Under the pieces are notes generated by a model. That model made no database searches, had not been told where the DNA came from, and saw only the letters and a list, made by a program, of their open reading frames with translations. A DNA stretch of 64,000 nucleotides from Lingula anatina (Eukaryota > Animalia > Brachiopoda), in NCBI GenBank assembly GCA_051362555.1, contig CM120648.1:19278587-19342586 (forward strand). The letters are read 5' to 3'. Below are positions 33,601-45,919 of the stretch, piece after piece (the stretch's first letter is position 1; each line of letters opens with the position of its first letter). The position numbers and the translations under genes were made by a program.

Positions 33601-33831
33601 CCTGAAAGACCTTTGAGAGGGTCAGTCTGTAAATTTCCCTTGGGTATCACAAAGCTAATTTCAGTGTTATAAAGTCATTTTGGCCTATTGAATAGGCCAT
33701 TAAATGAGATTACATAAAGCACACTTGTTGATATTTCCCTGTAAACTCCCAAAGGTTAAGCTCTCTGCTAGATTAATAATAAGGAAGCAGTGATAATTAT
33801 GCAGGTAAATTTTGTTTAATATTGCAAATAA

Positions 33832-33841
<10 letters not shown>

Positions 33842-33910
<69 letters not shown>
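33842..33910. repeat. (TA)n microsatellite
   Basis: Direct reading; other SSRs at ~4234 (AAT), ~6674 (T), ~9210, ~24507 (TA), ~36006 and ~39345 (GT). Confidence 0.95.
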
Positions 33911-33912
<2 letters not shown>

Positions 33913-33957
33913 AACTCAAAGATTAAAAGTTTGAATAGCAGCTTCATTGGAATTATA

Positions 33958-34147
33958 TTTACCTCTGCCAAGGAGGTTATATTTTCACCCCTTTTTGTCT
34001 GTCATCAACATAACTCAAAAAGTTATGGACCGATTTTGCTGAAATTTTCAGGAACTGTCAGAAGTGGGCCAAAGAGGACAATGATCAATAAAAATCAACA
34101 ATTGCTGCCTTGGCAGAGGTCTGCACTCTCGGAGTGCTTTTCTAGTT
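33958..34147 (+). mobile_element. Short Helitron/Helentron-like non-autonomous element
   Basis: TTTACCTCTGCCAAGGAGGTTAT...CCTTGGCAGAGGT subterminal inverted repeat, hairpin GCACTCTCGGAGTGC, end TTCTAGTT. Confidence 0.75.
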
Positions 34148-34932
34148 TTGTTATGTTTTCCCTTATAAATTTTTCTCAAACACTTGCATTTGTGACTTTT
34201 AACTCTCATCCGCCTGAGGCTCTGACATTTCTGTATTTCCACATAAGCAGTTGTATTGTTTTTTATGTCTTTAAACATTATGTTACTTATGTAATATCAT
34301 TTTATGCACTGTCATCATTTTGAATGAGATTTTCATCATGTGAATTTGAACTCTCATGGTCCTGAAACTGTAATCTTATTGAAGGGGTGAATTGAGACCA
34401 TCTTCTGGGTCTTCCGGAAGACAGTCAGTTATTAAGTTTATATTGATGTCTATTTTTTTTCTGTTAGAAGACCATCAAAATGGAGGATGGATCAAAATAG
34501 ATACTTTGGAATACTGTCAGAAAATATCTCTAGGTCCGCTGATGTTATTGACCATTTTACCTGTTGTGCATGATTAAAATTCAGTGTTGACTGACAGTGC
34601 TATTATAAGCATTATTTATTATTGCATCAAAATTGACAAAATGATCTTTTTTGCATCTCTATTTTCTGTTTTTTGTCTGTACATTTGACAGCTTTGCTGC
34701 CTTGTTTAAAAACCCTAACGATATTTGGTAAGGAGTTGCTTGAAGCATAGCACAGCGTTGCTGTCTATCGGCATCAGGCCGTTAGTTTGTCAATTCTCAC
34801 GAATTACCCACGAATCGCAAACCCATTCATTTTCCTATGGCAATCTAGCAACTCGTTAAAAATGCACGCATGCGCAGTGGGCTAGGTGTGACGTCATGCA
34901 GTGCATTTCTGGGGATGCTGGCGGGATATAAA

Positions 34933-35922
34933 ATCCCCGTCACACTAGAGGCGGAATGATTAAGAATGGCGTCTGAAATACAATTCTTTGTGCATTCCAG
35001 GATATTCAAAGAGCATTCTAAAACATTCTAAAAATTCTGAGTCCATTCCAAATATTTTTACCCATTCTTGTGGCCGGGTTGAATGTTTTTGTCATGTCAA
35101 AAACTTTGGAAGTGCATTCCAAGAGGAAATTTATTGAATGACATTTGAACAGTATTCTAACTGCACTATGACTGCATTCTAAATATTATCACGACATTCC
35201 GACAGCATTCGAAACATTATGACCAGTTACCATTCCTGTGGCATTATTTATACACTATTGGCATCGTGTTACATTCTAAACATGTGAGAAAGTAATTTTA
35301 ATTAAGTATTTTAGGTATTTCAGCTGTATTATGTTTAATTTTTTTTACATTTCAAACCATCATTGGCAGCCATACCGGGAGCAGTTGACTGCATTTGAGT
35401 TCGCTTCATATATCATTCGAGGCACCTTCTTACACACTTCTGCCTGTATTTGGCCAGCAGTCAAACCACACTCGTACGGTATTTGAACTTCATTCGGAAT
35501 ATTCTGACTGCAATTTGAAATTTACTCCCGATTATGGCACGAATTTTTCAATTAATTCATTCTGGCTGGTTCTATCTTGATTCCTGCTGGTTCCGAATAA
35601 GTGCGACGGGGGCCTTAAATCGCGTGCCAGTTCGAATATCCCTAGAATGTGATCAGAATGTTTCGAATGTTGTCCGAATGCTGTGAGAATATTTAGAATG
35701 TAGTCACAGTGCTGTTAGAATACTATTCAAATGCCATTCGATAATTTTCCACTTGAAATGCACTTCGAAAGTTTTTAACATTCAGGCCGAACACAAGAAT
35801 GGGTAAAACTATTTGAAATGCACTCGCAATTTTGAGAATGCTCTTTGAATATCCAGGAATGCACAAAGAAATATCTTTCCGACGACATTCTTGTGCATTC
35901 TGCCTCTAGTGTGGCAGGGGTA
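34933..35922. mobile_element. Harbinger-like MITE with long (~250-300 bp) CATTC/GAATG-rich inverted arms
   Basis: CCCCGTCACACTAGAGGCGGAATG / CATTCTGCCTCTAGTGTGGCAGGGG; arms align as reverse complements. Confidence 0.8.
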
Positions 35923-36003
35923 TAAGGCGTCAGATGGCGTCTTTGGAATCGTATTCCACTTCTCTTGCTGTAGTGCCTGGATAAGCTGCTGGTTATTAGG
36001 CCA

Positions 36004-36043
<40 letters not shown>

Positions 36044-37110
36044 AAGTTGCCATGGAGATAATGTGATGTGCTATTTACACTTTACACTGTAATACAGTAT
36101 GTGGTAGATTTACCTATCAATTGAGAGGGTAGAATCAAGGTAGACACCAAGATATTTGGCACTCCGTATATGAGAGATACTTGAACCACACTATTTCCAA
36201 TCCTGATAATGAGATTCTGAGTTTACTTTATATTTTGTGGGGGAGAAATGGCCAGAAACTTAATTTCATCGTTAATTATCATTTAAGTCTAAATTTTTTC
36301 CTAATTGTCCATACCTCAAGGTCTGAGGCAATAGGTCATCATTTGTTCTATGGCAGCTTCATGGTGCTAAATGTCACAGTGGGTGTGTCACTGAGTGTCA
36401 TCGGGATATGGTGATATCCTCGGTAAAACACGACAGTGGTGGTCTGTGGGGGGAAGAGATCTGTTACATCTTACGAGCAACGTATATATTATGGAATATA
36501 CTGCCCTGTACAATTATCATACATAAAAACAAGTTTGAGACACGTCTTTTGCGTCTTTAATTTCAAATTGTCAGACAAAATCGCATAATCTTATAAGGAT
36601 AATCTTGTTCCAGTTGGTTCAGCTACATACATAGGAAGTTAAGCTTCTCTACATTCATATCTTACTTACAGTACTTTACACTACTTGACCGTGGATATAT
36701 ATACATTGTTCTGCTTTAATTATCTTACATAAAAACAATCCCTTAAACAATGCACGCTATAATGAATGTATCATAGAAATACTCCAAGAGATACTTAATA
36801 TCTAAATAGACGCTGCTCTGAAACCTAAGCTATGCGTTATATTACAATTGTAATCTAAAGTATATTAACACACACATATATACATGTGACCAACATACAT
36901 TTACACCAATAGTTAATTAACACACACATATATACATGTGACCAACATACATTTACATCAATAGTTAATTCCACTATTTACATTTTTCACTTTCATTTAT
37001 TTATTTTGCAAGTTGTTAAACACTCTTTTCTTGGGTCATAAAAGGGGACATATAATGCTACCAGCTAATTGCTTCTTTCTACATAAACCCTGTTAAAATA
37101 ATATACACTA

Positions 37111-39081
37111 CGTAGGGGAGAGCGGGGTTGGTTGGAACAGTTTTCACCTTTTTTGCGATATCTCAGCAGTCAAAGCTTTCGGGACAAAAATAAAAAATCT
37201 GATAGGGGAAAATTATATGCCGCACTTATCTATGAAATAAAACATCAAGTAGGTCTTTTTATTTTAGAGTAATAAATGCTCAAAGTTGGCTCCTAAAACG
37301 TTCCATCTCACCCCACCCGCGGGGTCAGTTGGAACAGGCAGTGGGGTGAGTTGGAACAAGAGGGCGAGTTGGAACGCTTGCATATAAATTCAAAGTATAA
37401 TTCATTTTAAGAGTAGGTTTATCTATATTAATTTCCCAACAAGTACGTGTTACTTTGTATTCGTATCTCCATAGTTTGTAAGCATTTTTTACGTTTACAA
37501 TTTGCTTTCAAATAGTCTTTTCGATGTATAAACCATATCCAGTTACACTTCATTTCATAATGATAACAAAAGTGGTGTAGTTTAAGAGAAAAGAAATTGA
37601 ACTCATATAACTCAACCTATTAACAACAGTATGTTAGACCTACAAATGAAAACTGTATCTCTTTCAACTCAACAACTCAGAATCAAAATCGCAGTTCTGA
37701 CATATGTAGGCCCTACACTTGGTCAACCTTTGTACAGTCTTCATGTGACCACTTTAGACAAACAATGCATTTAACCCATTGCTCTTTTGGTCGGCTGTTA
37801 ATGAACGGCTCCCCACAAACCAGACATGGCCACTCTTCTTCTGACTCAGAATCGCTGGTCATCTTTAATTTCCCTTTTCTTGATTTTCTCTATTGACTAG
37901 AAATCTTAAACTGTTTTTTATTTTTGTTGCGCTTGTCCTTTTTAATTTTGTTGGGCTTGGCCTTTTCTTTTTCGAGTAGCTCATTTTCAGGTGTGTCAGT
38001 TAGTACTGCACTGCATTGTTTTCTTCTTTTAATCTTTGGAATGCGACGGTGAGCCTTTGGAAAGGGTCTAATTATTGCTGGACTTGAGCTGTTTGGGGTT
38101 TTTCTTAAGTGAGCTTTAGTGTGCTGTAGCACCTCTTCCGGTGAGGGCAACTGAGATTTCAACTGAATCTTTGTCTAAGTTACGAGGTGAATGTTTGTCC
38201 TTTCTGGCGGATTTTGTACCGTCGTTCACTAAACATTAACAGCAACCCCCAATCCATTACACAAAACATTTAAAACCACATCGGCAGAATTGGTGTTGTA
38301 TAGTTTATCCATAACATAGGCTCTCAGCTAGAATATTTTCATTTTGCCGCGAAAAGCAGAGTAATAATCAACATTTCCTTCCACATCTAAAAGCAATTTA
38401 TCGCAAAAAGCAACTGTGGGCATGCAGACCCCTTTCGACCAAACAGCTAGGAACTGCATTTAACAAGCAATGACCCCCCCCCCCCCTTGTATCTTCTACA
38501 CGCATGTACATTCCGGCATCTTGGAGATGTTCTATCAGCTAGATTCCGTCTCCAGTTGGAGTTGTACTGGGTTACTACGTTACTACTCTCTTTAAAGTTG
38601 AAATTAAAACATTTAGAGAGGTTTAAAAAATGAAAAACACCGTGCGGGGTGGGTTGGAACACCCCTGACAGTGTTCCAACTGGCCCCATGTCAAATGTTC
38701 CGACCAGCCCCCATGACGTCATGGCCTACTTATGACACTGTATTTCTTTAACACGTGGGAAGTGATTAAAAAAAACAAAAGCCTTTTGAACATCAAGGTG
38801 GCCCTAAACGCTATGCACAATTTCAGTGATATAATCCTTATACTTTAGTTTACAGCACGATGAATGTCAAAAATATGAAAACTTACTTCGAGTAGCGAAA
38901 ATAAGTTTTTTTCGCATAAAACTTTTACTGCATTTTCGAAACTTCCACAAGTTTACCGGATGAATGACCATGCCACGTGACATTTTTATGCTGAAGGAGC
39001 ACATGATCGGTCTTGTGATTTAAGAAATAAAGCCAATGTTCCAACTTACCCGCGTTCCAACCCACCCCGCTCTCCCCTACT
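37111..39081 (-). mobile_element. Internally deleted pogo-like transposon (second family) retaining the transposase C-terminus/PHD
   Basis: TIRs GTAGGGGAGAGCGGGGT / ACCCCGCTCTCCCCTAC, TA flanks; minus strand IRPFPKA..SAVLTDTPE and WPCLVCGEPF..WVKCIVCLKWSHEDC..YICQNC with frameshifts. Confidence 0.88.
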
Positions 39082-39341
39082 TACCGTTGTCTTAGGTGAT
39101 CAGAACTGCAAAATATATACAAAATGCAATATGATTGGCGTGTATTATCATTTTCCTACTTTATTTAGCAACACTCGATCTTTTTGTACTTGGAGTGGTT
39201 CATATGGACGATGCAAACATGGCTCGGACTTTCTTTAACCTGAAACACACAAACACATACACATACATGTACTTATTGATAAGGTACGTACTATTTAAAA
39301 GTTTAATATAAAAATAAGTGATGTGCGTACATGTATGTCCA

Positions 39342-39382
<41 letters not shown>

Positions 39383-40633
39383 ACGAGAAAAAGACATATC
39401 TTGAAATCGCGAGCAGCGGACACTTTTGTATTGGCCTTTACAAGCTGATAACAAGTTTGTAGAACACGACGCACAGGCTGCCCTGATCTTACACTTCTTG
39501 CCAGTATATCCTACCGCGCATGCGCTATATTCTGGACCTCTTTTACATGCCCCCCCCCCCACCCCAATTCGGCAACTTGAATTCGAACACTGAAAAATTA
39601 CCTTCAAATTAAAATTTAACATTGCCAAGTTTTGTTTACTTTTAAAGCGGTTAAAAGTAATGCATAGTAATTTGAATGAAGCAAGTAGGAAATTCAAGAA
39701 ACAATCACATGCATTCACGTCAAATTGGCATAGAGAAATGCAGTTTTCTGTTTCTTCCAAATTTTTAGTTAGAAGGAACTTAATTTTCAAATAATAATAA
39801 TAATTATAATAATATAGTCTGATTTTTATGATTTCAACAGGTCATTTGACCTTAATTGAACTACATTATTTTGTTGGATCATTTCATAAAATACTCCTCT
39901 GCAAGGATAATTCTTTATCAAACAAAAAGCAAGGTAAATTAAATTACAGATGAGGCAAATAAAATCAAATAATGCAATGTTTTAGTAGACGCAGTAATTA
40001 TATTATAGTGCTCAGGGATTTCCAAGGAATTCTCAGGAATCCAAGCACCCCTTGTGGTCTCTGTATTACTTTTAATGAAGTTATGTTATGAAGATATACA
40101 TCTATGTGTATACATTTATAAGGCTAGAGACATTGCCCTCAGTTCTTTTTATTATTATTTAATTAATTATTTTATTTCGCTGAAGTTCAGTGGTTAACAG
40201 TGTCTGTTTACATATAGGATAATGCTCTTCTGATACAAGTTTGGCCTTTGGGTTTTCTGTACACAATCATCACACCGTAAGTGTTTTAAGAAAAAGTCCT
40301 TACATGTAACAGCTCCTTGTACTTTATGTATCATTTTTCTGAAGGGAACCTCCACCTTTCGGGTCTCATTGCCTTAATGGTATGATTCAATCACCCGTCA
40401 TTATGTCAACCATATATAAAATGGAGCGTGTGTATTGATTCCTGACTTTCATAAGGGGTCTTTCAACCAATTTCATATCAGATACTGGTAGAGAAGAATG
40501 AGAAGACCTTTGGTGGAGGGTATAACCACTGCACATGCTTGGCACGTTTATACTCAACTCAAGAGTAAAGTGCAGGGCGCTGCAACTCAAAAATGAATTA
40601 AAATATCCGACAATCACTGATGTTTGGGTAATA

Positions 40634-40848
40634 GAGCGCATTCCCATAGATTTTAGATCGATCTATCCCCGTGGGGAGTCTCACTAGATTACTGTCAGAT
40701 AATCCGGCTTAAATGTCCGTCCCGCCTACTACAAGCTGTAAGGGGGTAATTAACTACCGTGCGCGTTCGGCTGACTGCAATTTAGCGTAAACCCCCAGGG
40801 AGTTAGGTCGATCTAGTTGGATCGATCTAAATCTCTGGGAATGCCCTC
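40634..40848. mobile_element. Harbinger-like MITE
   Basis: GAGCGCATTCCCA / TGGGAATGCCCTC ends, ATA on both sides; reverse-orientation homolog of 55788-56013. Confidence 0.75.
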
Positions 40849-41136
40849 ATAGACGACGTGCAATTCTTCCTTTATGCAAGGTTAGGGAGACAACAGGGAT
40901 TTATGGTTACAAACTGAAATAATATACCTGGAAACTTATCTGAAAACTTAGAGCAAAGATGTATTTAGCCTGCAAGTATGTAATATCTTCAAGATTATAA
41001 ATCCATTACTCAATAAAAACGCCGTTAGAATGAAAAGTATAATGGTAATAAAATTAAAACGCCACACAGGTTACACAAAGTGACAAGGAATCTTATTCGT
41101 GGCAATTACTTATCTCTATGGATCAAGTCACAGCAG

Positions 41137-41619
41137 TACAACGAGTTATTTCAATAATTGTATCCCCACTCAGCAGCCACTGCATTGGTAGGTACACATG
41201 TATGCTAGTACCTGTTATACAACGAGTTATTTCAATGACAGTATCTTCTCTCAGCAGCTACTGTGCTGGGAGGTACACATGTATGCTAGTACCTGTTATA
41301 CAACGAGTTATTTCAATGACAGTATCCTCTCTCAATAGCTACTGTGCTGATAGGTACACATGTATGCTAGTACCTGTTATACAACGAGTTATTTCAATGA
41401 CAGTATCCTCTCTCAGTAGCTACTGTGCTGGTAGGTACACATGTATGCTAGTACCTGTTATACAACGAGTTATTTCAATGACAGTATCCTCTCTCAGTAG
41501 CTACTGTGCTGATAGGTACACATGTATGCTAGTACCTGTTATACAACGAGTTATTTCAATGACAGTATCCTCTCTCAGCAGCTACTGCGCTGGTAGGTAC
41601 ACATGTAGGCTAGTACCTG
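41137..41619. repeat. 81-bp minisatellite, ~6 units
   Basis: tacaacgagttatttcaatgacagtatcctctctcagtagctactgtgctg[g/a]taggtacacatgtatgctagtacctgtta repeated. Confidence 0.95.
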
Positions 41620-42544
41620 CTTTAAACACGTATGACCTGGTTAGTGGGATATTGAAATAGGCAGGGACACATGGAACATCAGTTGAATAAGTGTAGGCGT
41701 AAATCATAATTTCCAACAACATTTTCTATTACAAAATGTGCAGGTAACTCAAGTCACCTTGTTAAGATAATAGCACGTAAAGAGACCTTCCCGCCATTTC
41801 CTAAAAAAAAAGGGAATTCCCGCCCTAATGTCGTAGATTGATATTGATAGTTTTCTGGCCAATAGATGTGATTGTAACATTACATCCTAGACACATTTCC
41901 TGACACGTGTACCGTAGGTATGTGGGTTTTTACTGGTCACAATTTGTCGAGCATGATGAAATACCTTTAACTGTTTAACGCTGCAGGCAAACATGCATCA
42001 GTTTATCAGAGGTATGGTGCGACAATTGCTAAGGGTCATTTCTGCCTTGTGTGAGAACGTTTGAGATAAAGGACATTAACGCTAAGAGCCGAAGGTTTGT
42101 TTCATTTAAACTGTATATACTTGTCCACACAGAGCACTTGTACTCGCTGACTACTTGCAGGAACAAAGTAACCACAGCAGCTATCAGAATAGCTACATGT
42201 GAGCTATATAGACAATCTGCGGGTAGCCATTCCTCACCGAATCAACGGCATATTGAACCAGCTACGACATATTGAACGGCATATTGAACCAGCAACGGCA
42301 TATTGAACCAGCTTCGATGTTGCCCCCTTCTGGTAAGTATATAATATGTCAATTTTCACAGTTAATTCCATCTCTCTTGTATTATAAGTATAGACTCCGG
42401 TGCGGATTATGGACCTATATTTGACTTTAATTAATTTATCACAGTCTGTGTATACAAGCGACTTAAAACTCGCCTCTGATACTCTGATACCTGCGTCTAT
42501 GATAGAGCTTAACATGTTTCCCCTATATCATTGGCGTCATTTAT

Positions 42545-42692
42545 CAGTGGCGGATTGAGAGGTTGTCAGGGGGATCCCTTCGATTTCTAAAAAAAGAAAT
42601 CACACCAATGGTCTCCTCTTGAAATTAGCCAAGGGGTGGTTCGGTTTTGCGTGCCCGGATCCCCCCTTCAAATAATACTGGATCCGCCCCTG
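42545..42692. mobile_element. hAT-like MITE remnant
   Basis: CAGTGGCGGAT / ATCCGCCCCTG ends; similar terminus at ~388. Confidence 0.55.
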
Positions 42693-43314
42693 ATTAAAGA
42701 TGGAAAATGCTAAAATAATGGCTCACTTGTGGCGTACTTAGACCCCGGATTATGGGAGGAAACGAAAGTGCGTTGATAACGTTGCGTGAGGTACATCAGA
42801 AGAATGCCGAGCACAACAGAGGGGGTTTTTCTGACAGTACATCAACACAATTAGCTCATGTACTTGTACAATTACTTCAAATCTAGGTCTAACAGCACAA
42901 TACAAATTGCACAATACAAAATGACGAATATGCTATGGGCCCGATAGTCGAATCCTTTGGTGTACTTTTCTGTAAGTGATAACTACAGAATGCATCCTTT
43001 AGCGTTAGAAAGGTAAAATTGACTTGGTTGCTACTTCCGAGACATTGAGCTTTTTCAATGTGGCCGTCAGTTTTGTGGGGAAAATAATAATAAAAAAAAA
43101 ACAACCAGATATACTTTATTTGTAGCTATCGTCAATATATACCCTGCATTTTTTCCTATCAATGTGGTTAGTTGACCAGGCAATAGGAGCAGTCAAATCG
43201 ACATCTATTCTCTTGTGACCTTGACCTCTACTGTCAGAGGAAAGGAAAATGACCCGCGTGAATATTTAACGGAGTCATTCCCTACCAACACGTTAAGGTC
43301 ATGTGGGCCTTATT

Positions 43315-44057
43315 ACATTTACACACACAACATCTTAAGGGTGACGTTATTTTTGCGATTTTGGGGTAAATTTGAAGAATCACGATTCTCAAATTTCTTC
43401 TTTACCTGAACAGCCATGAACACCGTTTTAACGTCATTTTAATGAAACATTGTAGTACTCCATAACCCTGTCAGAAAGTTTTATTCAGATATTATCGTTG
43501 ATAAAGCAAAATAGTCATTTTTATTTAGTGAGCTTATGTAAATAAGGGCTTCTTATCACATTATAAACTATTTTTTAAAACCAAAATGATGGAAAGGGGA
43601 TTGTAGGCCATTGACATGTGGTCAACTATGACAATTTTCATGATATAATTTTGTTCAGTGATAACGATACGCCCCAAACCGATTGCTATCCCACCTCAAA
43701 ATAGAAAGGTGTTCGATTGAAGATTAAAGCTTAGAGTTGCCTTCTCTTAAGCACTGAAGAAAAAAGCTTTTAAGTTGCCTATGCTTAACACTTCTACGAG
43801 AAATATTACGCCAATATTCGATGACATTTTATTGCTTTAAATCATCAAAGATAGACGCGTAATTGAATAATTAAATGCAGGGAAAAATCTCATTGTCGGT
43901 TTCCAGATGTGCTTAAAATACCCCTAAGCTTCGTCAGCTTATTTTTCCCTAACATCCAGCATGCAACTTAACAGCCCGAGTCATATGTAGTGGCGTTACC
44001 ACTTATTTAGCAAGCGGTGACCCCGCCAGACGCAACGCCTGCTCCATTAAAAAGCTC

Positions 44058-44088
<31 letters not shown>

Positions 44089-44836
44089 GTGAATTAGGTA
44101 TGACTTCCTTTGTCCTTTCAGGTAAGTTTTCTAAAATATTTATAGGTTTGATAGTTTCCCTACACGCATAATAAACAAGGGAAGGTACTGCTACAGGGGG
44201 GGGGGGAACACAAGCTCAACGTTCACCATTTCTAGGAAAAGTGATCTTGAAGGCCTGGACCTCGCTGATTTTGAGAAAATGTTAAACAATGAAAGAACTA
44301 TTAACTTAAACACCGTTCTAAAACGGTGGATATCCTTTTGTTCACAATGTTGTTTAAAGCCATGCGCTTGTCTTCAAACAGTTAAAACCCTGAGCTAAGA
44401 AAACTAAGTTGCAAATATAACATCATTTCCATCTATTGCTAATGCTGCAGGGACAACTTGTAATGCAAACAGGGAATTTGTTTTCGCTTATCTGCCATTG
44501 TGTTATTCAAGATCAACCAGGTCGTTGTAAAGGCAGTCTTCTAAAAATAAGTTCTCTTTTATTAAACATACCAAGGTACTTGTAGGTAAAGGTATGCGGG
44601 GTATGGTATTATTTTCTGCTTACCTGCAGACGGGGATAAAAAGAGAGTTAACCTCTATAACCAAGATACTTTGATCAGGGCATGGGAATTTTATTGACGA
44701 CAGAGCTGGGTGTAGTGATGCTCTTTGCCTACGCCTCTTGATGCAGAATGGTATTGTGACAGTTAGTGCTCGTATGTTGAAGAGCGGCATAATACACTAT
44801 CATCTGAGCAATATATGCAATATATAACACCTTGTG
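43315..44836 (+). repeat. Old ~1.5-kb direct duplicate, copy 1 (copy 2 at ~61945-63516)
   Basis: Collinear shared blocks such as ttctcaaatttct, gaacaccgttttaacg, acgccccaaaccgattgct, gatcagggcatgggaattt, tatataacacctt. Confidence 0.85.
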
Positions 44837-45620
44837 CATCAGAGATGTTTTGGCATATATCTTGAGAGGGTGGTTGTGTATCATGCCACATGCATAGCGA
44901 GTGAATGTACTATTAGACGCAATTAATCTACATCTGCGGCTTAATAAAAATAAAAGTAATGTCTACATACACAAAGATATTAATAGGTGCACCTTTTTTG
45001 CAATCGACATGGGGTTGGGAGACTCTTACTAACTCTTTTACTAGCTTCATAGATGGCATTTTGTAAGGCGAGTGTTCCAAAAAAAACAATGGGTTATTTT
45101 CAGCTGACCTATTACGAGCCACATCATTGATATCAATTCTGCACCATTGCCTGTCAAAATCAAAAATCACGGGTACTTTCTCAGCATAGATACAAAAGAT
45201 ATTATCTGATCTCTTTGCCAATAACAGAGAAAGAAGCTCCCATAGAAACGTCCAATTGCAACCTCACGCCCATTTACTGCAGTTACATATAATTACCTTT
45301 GGCTGCATTTAGAACAGGGGACTAACTAGTCCGTGGGTCAAATATGGCAACCCACTAAAAGCTTGCCTTCTAGTCCGCTTACAGACACTGAATAAATTTC
45401 CCGTGAGAAGTATTCAATTGAGCTGGTCATATTTGATCCGCTGTTGTGAATGCGACCTACAGTATATATATCTCCTGCTTTGCGTTATTAGGCGAGGGGA
45501 TAACAGAAAAAATCTCAGCTAAGAAATTGACTAATATGCTCTGTTAACCTGCCTGCGAATATTTTCTGTCCTTTAACAGCTGTCCAGATCGCCGAGAAAG
45601 GTGAACTTTCCCCATCTAAG

Positions 45621-45869
45621 ACTGGGTTCCCATCGTAATAGCTGGATCAATCTGAGTCTGCGGGACCTTTTTTCTAAAATGCTTTCACTGTAATAAGATT
45701 AATTGTCTGGCACGCCCGCATGGGTACCAATGGGATTATTAACTATGATTAATTACGCCCTAGCGGCATGATTAGGCGTATCAAATATCTTAGCCGTTAA
45801 CACTTAAAGCAATAAAGTGAGAATTTCCCTGAGCTAGATCGTAGGATGGATTTGTGGGAATGCACCCTA
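45621..45869. mobile_element. Harbinger-like MITE
   Basis: ACTGGGTTCCCAT / TGGGAATGCACCCT ends; related to 16137-16390. Confidence 0.5.
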
Positions 45870-45919
45870 TAAGAAACAGATCGCTACAAAAATCACCCTA
45901 TCTGTTGTAAAGTACTTAA

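Larger units (their letters stand above)
26667..34707 (+). mobile_element. Helentron-associated (HINE/DINE-like) non-autonomous element with central tandem arrays; host of the pogo insertion
   Basis: 5' T-run + ATGTACAGACA subTIR + hairpin + (GTC/GCC)n; ~161-bp units (26770, 26931, ~31520); ~340-bp units from ~32057; 3' TGTCTGTACAT subTIR + short hairpin + CTTGTTT. Confidence 0.7.

Noticed and set aside
39200-39790. 196-aa minus-strand ORF
   Set aside because: Runs through a (CA)n microsatellite, no recognisable domain; nearby splice-like sites are unsupported
41137-41619. CRISPR-like appearance of regular repeats
   Set aside because: No unique spacers, eukaryotic context, no cas genes
41118-41660. 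180-aa ORF of 27-aa Cys-containing repeats
   Set aside because: An 81-bp minisatellite stays in frame automatically; no domain or exon context
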